A stretch of DNA of 63,090 nt, the filler included. It is 7 parts of 7 records of this genome, joined end to end, with 100 filler letters (N's around TTAATTAATTAA, not from the genome) between each part and the next. Parts side by side here need not be neighbours in the genome. Positions count along the whole stretch, not along the records: positions 55,638 to 63,090 come from SRR31156797_31290; 6 more parts are not named here. One strand, written 5' to 3'. Positions 55,538-63,090 of the stretch are shown here, piece after piece. The translations under genes and the position numbers were made by a program. Within the stretch, counting starts at the first letter, position 1, and each line of letters begins with the position of its first letter. A model generated the notes under the pieces. It saw only the letters and a program-made list of their open reading frames with translations, was not told where the DNA came from and made no database searches.

Positions 55538-55637
55538 NNNNNNNNNNNNNNNNNNNNNNNNNNNNNNNNNNNNNNNNNNNNTTAATTAATTAANNNNNNN
55601 NNNNNNNNNNNNNNNNNNNNNNNNNNNNNNNNNNNNN
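55538..55637. other. Artificial contig linker
   Basis: 44 N + TTAATTAATTAA + 44 N. Confidence 0.98.
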
Positions 55638-55833
55638 AGTGACTGTACAAGAAACTAATTAAAATCTTTATAAGGTGGCACCCGCAGAAATTTTTGAATT
55701 GCAAAATTTTAACTAGGGGAAAGATAGAAAGGGTTGGTCTTAATCTTTCAGTCTCTCGCAATTAGATTATTTTTAAAAACATTTCAATTTCGAATCTTGA
55801 TTGAAATTGAAAAATAATTAGGAGTTGGAGAAA

Positions 55834-57342
55834 ATGCAGAAAATACAAGATGTATTAAGTATGAGAGGCATTCATAAAAAATTTCCCGGCGTGCATGCAT
55901 TAAAAGGAATAGACCTAAATGTCAAAAGAGGTGAAGTTCATGCTCTATTAGGGGAAAATGGTGCAGGAAAGTCAACTCTCATGAAAATTTTAGGTGGAAT
56001 ATATAGCAAAACTGAAGGTTCAGTTTATATAAATGGAAAAGAAGCTGAAATAAACAGCGTACATGACTCACAAGCTCATGGAGTAAGTATCATCCATCAG
56101 GAATTATGTCTTGCACCAAATATGACAGTTGCTGAGAATATATTTTTAGGTAGAGAGAAGTTAAAAAAGGGCTTATTCAAATTTGTAGATTTCAATTCTC
56201 ATAATGATAAAGCTCAACTACTGCTTGATTCATTAGGACTTGAATTCAAACCAACTGATCTGGTGAGCACACTTAGTCTGGCACAACAGCAAATGGTAGA
56301 GATAGCCAAGGCCCTGTCTATCAATGCAGAAATTATCGTAATGGATGAACCAACAGCAGCTATTTCAAAAAAAGAAGTAGAGATGCTTTTCAAAATGATA
56401 GAGGAATTAAAATCAAAGAATATATCAGTTATCTACATCTCTCACAGGATGGAGGAACTATTTAGAATAACAGACAGAATCACTATCATGAGAGATGGTG
56501 AATATATAGGCACTGAGGAAACAAAAGCTACTACTCATGACAGATTAGTTGCAATGATGGTTGGTAGAGAGCTGAAAGACCTCTATATGAGAAGTAAACA
56601 TGAAAAAGGCGAGACTATTCTGGAAGTAAAGAACATAAGTCAAAAAGGTGTTCTGGATAATATAAGTTTTTCACTTAAAAAAGGGGAAATATTAGGTTTA
56701 TCAGGAATAGTTGGAGCAGGTAGAACGGAACTGGCTGAAGTTCTATTTGGAATCAGAAAAATTGATAATGGTGAAATAATTATAGAAGATCAAAATGCTG
56801 TGATAAATAATCCGGCTGATGCTATGAAAAAAGGTATCGCATTGGTTCCTGAAGACAGAAAAGCTCAAGGCTTAGTTCTGGGAGAAACGGTAGGATACAA
56901 TATCACCCTTACGGTTCTGGATAAATTCATAAGTGGAATCAAAGTAAATGATTCAATAGAAAATCAATTAATCAGTAAATATATTAAAGAGTTATCAATT
57001 AAAACTCCGTCGAAAGATCAGAAGGTTAAAAATCTAAGCGGAGGTAATCAGCAAAAGATAGTCATTGCAAAATGGCTTGCAACCTCTCCGAAAGTTCTGA
57101 TACTTGATGAGCCTACCAGAGGTGTTGATATCGGTGCAAAATCAGAGATATATGCGATAATCAGTGCTCTGGCAAAATCAGGAGTCGCAATTATTATGAT
57201 ATCATCTGAACTACCTGAGATTATCAATATGAGTGACAGAGTTTTGGTAATGGCAAATGGGAAAATAACTGGAAATATTACCGATAAAAACGATATAAAT
57301 CAGGAGAAAATCATGCACTATGCAACTGGAGGGGTTAATTAA
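55834..57342 (+). CDS. Monosaccharide ABC ATPase (RbsA/MglA-like, two NBDs)
   Basis: GENGAGKST, IIHQEL, MDEPT, YISHRM, VPEDRK, LSGGNQQK and ISSEL; ATG at 55834 after GGAG. Confidence 0.93.
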   Translation: MQKIQDVLSMRGIHKKFPGVHALKGIDLNVKRGEVHALLGENGAGKSTLMKILGGIYSKTEGSVYINGKEAEINSVHDSQAHGVSIIHQELCLAPNMTVAENIFLGREKLKKGLFKFVDFNSHNDKAQLLLDSLGLEFKPTDLVSTLSLAQQQMVEIAKALSINAEIIVMDEPTAAISKKEVEMLFKMIEELKSKNISVIYISHRMEELFRITDRITIMRDGEYIGTEETKATTHDRLVAMMVGRELKDLYMRSKHEKGETILEVKNISQKGVLDNISFSLKKGEILGLSGIVGAGRTELAEVLFGIRKIDNGEIIIEDQNAVINNPADAMKKGIALVPEDRKAQGLVLGETVGYNITLTVLDKFISGIKVNDSIENQLISKYIKELSIKTPSKDQKVKNLSGGNQQKIVIAKWLATSPKVLILDEPTRGVDIGAKSEIYAIISALAKSGVAIIMISSELPEIINMSDRVLVMANGKITGNITDKNDINQEKIMHYATGGVN

Positions 57343-58340
57343 TGAGTTCAAATAGTAATACTTTAACTAATAAAAATAATAGCAGTAGTTCAAATCCTTT
57401 TATCATAGGATCTGTTAACTATTTCAAACGAAATGCAGGTATTCTAATAGGTTTTCTAATTATGTGTGTTGTACTTAGTGTTATGACTGATGTATTCTTG
57501 ACATCCAGTAATATCCTAAATGTACTTCGACAGGTATCAACAAATGCAATATTAGCATTTGGTATGACATTCGCAATTATTATTACAGGTATTGATCTGT
57601 CTGTTGGTTCTATACTTGCATTTGCAGGGACATTATCAGCAGGACTTATCACACTAGGTGGTTTACCTGCACCGATCGCTGTCCTGATCGGATTAGCAGT
57701 AGGGACTTCTCTGGGATTATTCAACGGAGTAGTAATCGCCAAGACAGGAATGCCGCCATTTATCGTAACGCTATGTATGATGATCATGGCCAGAGGAGCA
57801 GCCTATGTTTATACAGGTGGTATGCCGGTTAGAACAATTGATCCTTTGTTTAATGTAATTGGTAACGGTTATGTCGGTCCTATCCCGCTGCCTGTTATAT
57901 ATATGTTTGTTTTCTTTATAATTATGGCACTTCTACTTAATAAAACTAAATTCGGTAGGCATATCTATGCTCTCGGTGGAAATGAAGAAGCTGCTAAATT
58001 CTCAGGAATTAATATCAAAAAAGTACAGATTTTAGTTTATACAATTATTGGATTTTTATCTGCTTTTACAGGAATAGTACTATGTGCGAGAATGTATTCC
58101 GGTCAGCCTACAGTAGGACAGGGATTCGAGCTGGATGCAATTGCCGCAACTGTACTCGGAGGTACCAGCTTCTCAGGTGGTATTGGAACTATAGGAGGTA
58201 CATTGATAGGAGCATTAGTAATCGGTGTGCTTAATAACGGTCTTAATTTACTAAATGTATCATCATTCTGGCAGTTAATTATAAAGGGTATCGTAATACT
58301 TGTAGCAGTATATATTGATACGATGAAGAAAAAAAGATAA
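57342..58340 (+). CDS. Monosaccharide ABC permease (RbsC-like)
   Basis: GIDLSVGS, PPFIVTL, FGRHIYALGGNEEAAKFSGI and ELDAIAATVLGGTS. Confidence 0.93.
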   Translation: MSSNSNTLTNKNNSSSSNPFIIGSVNYFKRNAGILIGFLIMCVVLSVMTDVFLTSSNILNVLRQVSTNAILAFGMTFAIIITGIDLSVGSILAFAGTLSAGLITLGGLPAPIAVLIGLAVGTSLGLFNGVVIAKTGMPPFIVTLCMMIMARGAAYVYTGGMPVRTIDPLFNVIGNGYVGPIPLPVIYMFVFFIIMALLLNKTKFGRHIYALGGNEEAAKFSGINIKKVQILVYTIIGFLSAFTGIVLCARMYSGQPTVGQGFELDAIAATVLGGTSFSGGIGTIGGTLIGALVIGVLNNGLNLLNVSSFWQLIIKGIVILVAVYIDTMKKKR

Positions 58341-58495
58341 TTCTAATTATAGATTTCACCCAAATAGATAATGCTGGAAACTTTGCATAATGCAAACCTT
58401 AAAAACTAAGAGAAGATAGACTCACCCTGTTTATCTTTTCTTAATTTTGAGGTTTTTTGATTAATTTTTATACTAAAAAATACTTTATAAAGTGA

Positions 58496-59842
58496 GTGAA
58501 GAGATCAATGAGAAAAATCAGAAGTAGAAAAGAACTATTTATTTTAATCTTAATAGGAGTACTTATTCCTCTATTTGTAATTAAATATTTATTTCCTGTT
58601 TCTGATAAATTTTCAGAATATACCGAACTTAGATTAGGAATATTTTCAGGTAGTATGTATAACGTTCCTAATATGCAAAGTTATAAGATTATTGATGAAG
58701 CTATTTCAAATTTTGAAAAGGAGAATGAGAAAATAAAAATCTCATATCAATATGGAATCTTAAAAAATGATTACTCTGAATGGCTTTCAACTAAAATTCT
58801 AAAAGGTGATACACCTGATGTTTTTGTTGTTTTGGAGCAGGATTTCAATACTTTCAGCTCAATCGGAGCATTGAAGGAGTTAGAAACACTTATAAAAAAA
58901 GATAAAAAATTTAACAGCAGAAGATTCTACGAGCAAGCTGTTAACTCAGGTAAATTTAAAAACAAACTTTTTGCACTTCCTATTGAAATAGACCCTGTTC
59001 TTCTGTTTGTTAATAAATCTCTTCTGGAAAAAGAAAATATAAAAATTAATAAAGAAAATTGGACTTGGGAGGAGTTTTATAATATCTGTAAACAAGTCAC
59101 AAAAGATACAAATAATGACGGAATTATTGATCAATTCGGTGTAATTGATTTCAACTGGGAAGATGCTGTTTATACTAACGGGCAGACACTATTTACAGTT
59201 AACGGAGATCAATCAGAGTTCTCCAAAGAAGGGGTAATCGAATCTATAAAATTTGTTAAAAAACTCCATGAATTAAATAACAGAACAAAAGTTACAGACT
59301 CTGATTTCAATAACGGTAACGTATTATTTAAGCCATTTCCATTCTCATGGTACAGAGTCTACAGCTCATATCCGTATAAACTCATAAGATACGCTGATTT
59401 CGAATGGGAGTGTATAAAACTCCCACGAGGCCCACGTGGAAAAAATGCCTCGGAGCTAAAAAGTTTCCTGATAGGTATCAGCTCCAAGACAAAACATCCG
59501 GATAAAGCCTGGGAGTTCTTGAAATTTTTAACTAATAATCCTGCTACCCAGATGGACGTATTCAGATACTCACACGGAGTACCTGTATTAAAAATAGTCA
59601 CTGAATCAAATAGAGCTGATGAAGAGCTAAAAAAATATAATCCGCAAAAAGAAGTAAGTATTGATAGAAAAATATTAAGCGAAATAGTTGAGGATTCTAT
59701 TGTAACTCCAAAATTTCGAAACTATGAAAACGCTATGAAGCTTGCTGATCTTAACATAAATCAAATAATAAATGAAAATAAGGATATTGAGAGTAGCTTA
59801 CTGAAATTGGATAAGGAACTATATGAATTTCTCAATAAGTAA
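58496..59842 (+). CDS. Family 1 extracellular solute-binding protein, probably sensor-associated
   Basis: N-terminal TM anchor; GDTPDVF, LFVNK.LL, WTWEEF and AWEFLKFL; 2 nt upstream of the HK. Confidence 0.85.
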   Translation: MKRSMRKIRSRKELFILILIGVLIPLFVIKYLFPVSDKFSEYTELRLGIFSGSMYNVPNMQSYKIIDEAISNFEKENEKIKISYQYGILKNDYSEWLSTKILKGDTPDVFVVLEQDFNTFSSIGALKELETLIKKDKKFNSRRFYEQAVNSGKFKNKLFALPIEIDPVLLFVNKSLLEKENIKINKENWTWEEFYNICKQVTKDTNNDGIIDQFGVIDFNWEDAVYTNGQTLFTVNGDQSEFSKEGVIESIKFVKKLHELNNRTKVTDSDFNNGNVLFKPFPFSWYRVYSSYPYKLIRYADFEWECIKLPRGPRGKNASELKSFLIGISSKTKHPDKAWEFLKFLTNNPATQMDVFRYSHGVPVLKIVTESNRADEELKKYNPQKEVSIDRKILSEIVEDSIVTPKFRNYENAMKLADLNINQIINENKDIESSLLKLDKELYEFLNK

Positions 59843-59844
59843 CG

Positions 59845-61188
59845 GTGAATTCTATGAAACTAGACAGAAATATAACGATCGCAAGAGTTTTCTTGTATTT
59901 AATCAATTTCCTAAATGTAATTATGATCTCCACTATTTTATATAAGGGAAATGAGCTTATTTGCTGGGAAGGTGAAGCACGGAAATTTTTAGAGAAAGTT
60001 TCCAGTCTTCCTATTATTCCCTACAAAGTATTTTGGGTAAATCTCTCTTTAATGTCCATACTTTTTTTTAGTATATATATTAGAGAAAAATTCTTGAAAA
60101 ACAATAAATTCATTATGGAACTGTTTTTCTTTTTTGACATGTTTATCTGTATTCTCAGTATCATTTCACTGAATTTTTCATACAAGGGAATCATCCTGAT
60201 AGCTGTTATCAATGTAATAACTTATACCGACTCGTCGTTTAAGAGGTATATCTATCTGAGTCTGGCTCTCTTGACTTATATATTGCTCGATTATGATATT
60301 TTATCAGTTAAGCTAAATATCATCTCTATTAACGAATATATCGAGTATTTTACTTCTTCTGCTAAATTATATATCTATAGTCTGAGAAGTATATTCAATT
60401 CTTTAAATCAGGTTATATTTATCGGCTTCATGAGTTTTTCATTGCAAAAACAGATTAAAGAGACTAATGATATCAAAGTACTCTATTCAACACTGATCAA
60501 AACAATGGAGGAGTTATCCCTTGCTAATATTCAATTGGAAAATTACGCAAAAAAATCAGAGGAGATGGCCAAAGTAAAAGAGAGAAACAGACTGGCAAGA
60601 GAGATACACGATACTGTGGGACATTCACTTACAGGTATTGTTACAGGACTTGAAGCCTGCATGACAATCATTGATAACAATGCTGAGTTTGCCAAACAGC
60701 AAATTAATAAAATTATTGCCTTAGGTAGAAATGGTTTATTAGATATAAGAAGATCAGTAAAGGCTCTCAGACCTGACGCTCTGGAGAGATTTTCAATTGA
60801 TGAAGCTCTAAAAAAGATGGTACGAGATATAACAGATTGCACGGATATCAATATCAAAATGAATTTGGAAGAGGATAAACTACAAAAAGTATGCCCTGAT
60901 GAAGAGGAGATAATATATAGAATTGTGCAGGAGAGTATAACTAATTCAGTAAGGCATGGTAAATCTAAAAACATATGGATTGATATTTTATCAGAACTCA
61001 AAAGCAGCTACAATTATTTGATTATAGAGATAAGAGATGACGGGATAGGAAGTAAAAATCTAAAAGAGGGATTTGGCTTAAAGCATATAAGAGAGAGAAT
61101 TCATCTGTTAAACGGAGAGTTTCACTTTGGAAACTCATCTAATAAAGGATTCTTCATAAATGTAAAAATACCTCTACGCGTTAAATAA
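59845..61188 (+). CDS. Sensor histidine kinase (HisKA_3, NarX/DesK-like)
   Basis: Multi-TM N-terminus; ERNRLAREIHDTVGH, QESITNSVRH, DDGIG and GFGL. Confidence 0.92.
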   Translation: MNSMKLDRNITIARVFLYLINFLNVIMISTILYKGNELICWEGEARKFLEKVSSLPIIPYKVFWVNLSLMSILFFSIYIREKFLKNNKFIMELFFFFDMFICILSIISLNFSYKGIILIAVINVITYTDSSFKRYIYLSLALLTYILLDYDILSVKLNIISINEYIEYFTSSAKLYIYSLRSIFNSLNQVIFIGFMSFSLQKQIKETNDIKVLYSTLIKTMEELSLANIQLENYAKKSEEMAKVKERNRLAREIHDTVGHSLTGIVTGLEACMTIIDNNAEFAKQQINKIIALGRNGLLDIRRSVKALRPDALERFSIDEALKKMVRDITDCTDINIKMNLEEDKLQKVCPDEEEIIYRIVQESITNSVRHGKSKNIWIDILSELKSSYNYLIIEIRDDGIGSKNLKEGFGLKHIRERIHLLNGEFHFGNSSNKGFFINVKIPLRVK

Positions 61189-61214
61189 AAATCTAAAAAA
61201 GGAAATGAGTAGCC

Positions 61215-61889
61215 ATGATAAATGTAATGATTGCCGATGATCAGGAAATTATACGACAAAGTTTGGAAATAGCTGTAAATAACAGGTCAGACATGAGAGT
61301 AGTGTGCTCTGCAGAAAACGGAAAACAAACTGTAGAGTTAGCAAAAAAGCACAAACCCGATGTTCTGCTAATGGATATCAGAATGCCGGTATTTAATGGA
61401 GTAGAGTGTATAAAAATACTTAAAGAGAAGAGAGTTAAGTCAAAAATAATAGTTTTAACCACATTTGATGATGATGAATATATATTCGAAGCTCTAAAAA
61501 ATGGAGCCAGCGGATATTTACTAAAGGGAATCGCCTTAGATGAATTGATCAAATCCATTAGAATCGTTGTAAACGGTGGTTCACTAATCAGCCCCGATGT
61601 TACAACAAAAGTACTGGAACTATTCTCAAATCTGGCAAAAGCAGATTATACAAATAAAGTAGAAAATAAACTTCTAGCCAGCTTAAATTCCAGTGAGCAA
61701 GGAATTATAAAATTAATCGGAAGAGGTTTATCAAATAAAGAGATTACCTATGAGCTGGGAATAAGTGAAGGAACTGTCAGAAACTATATCAGTCATATCC
61801 TAAGTGCATTAAATCTCAAAAATAGAACACAGATAGCAATCTTTGCAGTTCAATCAGGACTTGTAGTACAAAAAATAAATCAAATATAA
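61215..61889 (+). CDS. NarL/LuxR-family response regulator
   Basis: IADD, LMDIRMP, LTTF, GYLLK and GLSNKEI...GTVRNY. Confidence 0.93.
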   Translation: MINVMIADDQEIIRQSLEIAVNNRSDMRVVCSAENGKQTVELAKKHKPDVLLMDIRMPVFNGVECIKILKEKRVKSKIIVLTTFDDDEYIFEALKNGASGYLLKGIALDELIKSIRIVVNGGSLISPDVTTKVLELFSNLAKADYTNKVENKLLASLNSSEQGIIKLIGRGLSNKEITYELGISEGTVRNYISHILSALNLKNRTQIAIFAVQSGLVVQKINQI

Positions 61890-61899
61890 ATAACAGGGA

Positions 61900-62370
61900 G
61901 TGAAGAGAATGAAAATAGCAATGGCTAATGACCATGCAGGTTATCAGTTAAAAATGGAGATTAAAGATTTATTGGAAAAAGAGGGACATGAAATAGTAGA
62001 TTTCGGGTGCTTTGATGAAGAGTCAGCTGATCTACCTGATTTCATCTATCCGGCTAGTTTAGCTGTGGGAAAAGGAGAAGTTGACAGAGCTATATTTGTA
62101 GATGGTGTCGGTTATGGTAGTGCAATGATCGCCAATAAAATTAAAGGAGTTTATGCAGCAGTTTGCCAAGACCCTTTCTGTGCTGCTTTAGCGAGATCAC
62201 ATTCGAATACAAATGTTTTATGCTTAGGAGGAAAAATTATCGGTTCAGCTATTGCTCATGAAATAGTCAAAGCATGGATGAACACTGATTACTTAGAAAA
62301 TATAGAGAAATATAAAAGACGTGTTGATAAAGTTATTGAGATTTCTGAGAAACATTTGAAAACATTATAA
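61900..62370 (+). CDS. RpiB/LacA/LacB family sugar-phosphate isomerase (start may be 61909)
   Basis: NDHAG, SAMIANKIKGVYAA and ARSHSNTNVLCLG; has VDGVGYG in place of the usual CGTGIG. Confidence 0.88.
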   Translation: MKRMKIAMANDHAGYQLKMEIKDLLEKEGHEIVDFGCFDEESADLPDFIYPASLAVGKGEVDRAIFVDGVGYGSAMIANKIKGVYAAVCQDPFCAALARSHSNTNVLCLGGKIIGSAIAHEIVKAWMNTDYLENIEKYKRRVDKVIEISEKHLKTL

Positions 62371-62466
62371 AAAATTGAGATTAAAAATTTGTATTGCCAT
62401 CAAAAAAATGATAAATTTGTAGTAAGAGAATTTTTTCTAATAATCTAATTACAGAAAGGATGTACT

Positions 62467-63063
62467 ATGAATAATATTGAATTAATAATTTTTGATCTTG
62501 GAAATATACTGGTTGAACTAGGTGAAAGCCCGTTCCCACTTGAATGGAATATGAATGGTACCAAAAATACTAAAGAGTGGTTATATGATGAGTTTGCACT
62601 GAAATTTGAAAAAGGTGAAATTGGTGAAACTGAACTAGCTAATCAGCTCATCAAAGCTCATAAGCTTAATCAAACACCGGAAACAGTTCTGTCTCATTTT
62701 ACAAACTGGATAAAGGGACTCTATCCGGAGGTGCTTGAAACTATTGAGAAGCTAAAAAGTGATTATTCACTGGCAATATTATCAAATACAAATGAAACTC
62801 ATTGGCCGGTACTAATGAAAGATTTCGGGTTAGAGGGCAATTTTGATTATTATTTTGCATCTTATCAAATGAATTTAGCAAAACCTGATCTAAAAATCTA
62901 TGAGCAGGTAATTAAAGAGACTGGCTACAAAGCTGAAAATATACTATTCTTTGATGATAATTTTGACAATATTGAGAGTGCAAAAAAATTAGGAATTAAT
63001 GCTGTTCATCTGGTAGGATTTGAAACTGTAAAAGAATATTTGACAGATAATAAATATATTTAA
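62467..63063 (+). CDS. HAD family phosphatase (YihX-like)
   Basis: FDLGNIL, LSNTN..H, KPD..IY and FFDD...N...A..LG. Confidence 0.9.
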   Translation: MNNIELIIFDLGNILVELGESPFPLEWNMNGTKNTKEWLYDEFALKFEKGEIGETELANQLIKAHKLNQTPETVLSHFTNWIKGLYPEVLETIEKLKSDYSLAILSNTNETHWPVLMKDFGLEGNFDYYFASYQMNLAKPDLKIYEQVIKETGYKAENILFFDDNFDNIESAKKLGINAVHLVGFETVKEYLTDNKYI

Positions 63064-63090
63064 TTTATAATGATGTGCGTATATTTTGGC

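Noticed and set aside
5234-55637. Six recurring TTAATTAATTAA motifs within N runs
   Set aside because: They are identical 100-nt synthetic joins with composition shifts and truncated genes on either side. They are not biological, and ORFs ending in ...XXXLIN or ...XXXN are artefacts.
55672-55686. AAGGTGGCACCCGC resembling a T-box antiterminator or sigma54 -24 element
   Set aside because: There is no stem I/specifier or matching terminator, no TTGC at -12, and the context is a sugar ABC operon.

Overview
This window is not one locus. It is seven unrelated contigs joined by six identical artificial 100-nt linkers (44 N + TTAATTAATTAA + 44 N) at 5234-5333, 12644-12743, 21850-21949, 30201-30300, 44027-44126 and 55538-55637, so gene neighbourhoods only mean something within a segment. 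Taxon labels below are impressions from composition and protein style. (1) 1-5233, very AT-rich, Fusobacteriota-like: REP-type palindromes, an orphan sensor, a phosphatase, two duplicated SBPs, and PTS EIIA with a DasR/NagR-type operator. (2) 5334-12643, GC-rich, spirochaete-like: engB, aroK-aroC, and a perR-rubrerythrin-desulfoferrodoxin-rubredoxin operon. (3) 12744-21849, Vibrionaceae-like: an operon led by an in-frame fusion of an AruH-like PLP aminotransferase with a HisP-type ABC ATPase, followed by permeases, a DMT, an SBP, a guanidino-modifying enzyme and a TetR. (4) 21950-30200, Bacteroidota: a 23-bp tandem array, an XRE-TM-beta-propeller protein, and a frameshifted IS200/RAYT-like gene with REP-like inverted repeats. 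(5) 30301-44026, Marinifilaceae-like: 2-oxoacid dehydrogenase, HypD with its activase, and DPP-IV. (6) 44127-55537, Prolixibacteraceae-like: a LacI-controlled Fe-ADH / DHDPS-family aldolase / PdxA2 / DUF1537 kinase / SSS cluster, whose chemistry fits a catabolic route for the rare C7 sugar acid Dha via D-threonate (inference). (7) 55638-63090, AT-rich: a sugar ABC transporter, an SBP-HK-RR sensor set and an atypical RpiB. The two strongest candidates for undescribed systems are the aminotransferase-ABC ATPase fusion operon and the putative Dha pathway. No rRNA, tRNA or CRISPR array was seen. All product calls come from motif recognition and recalled family features, not database searches.
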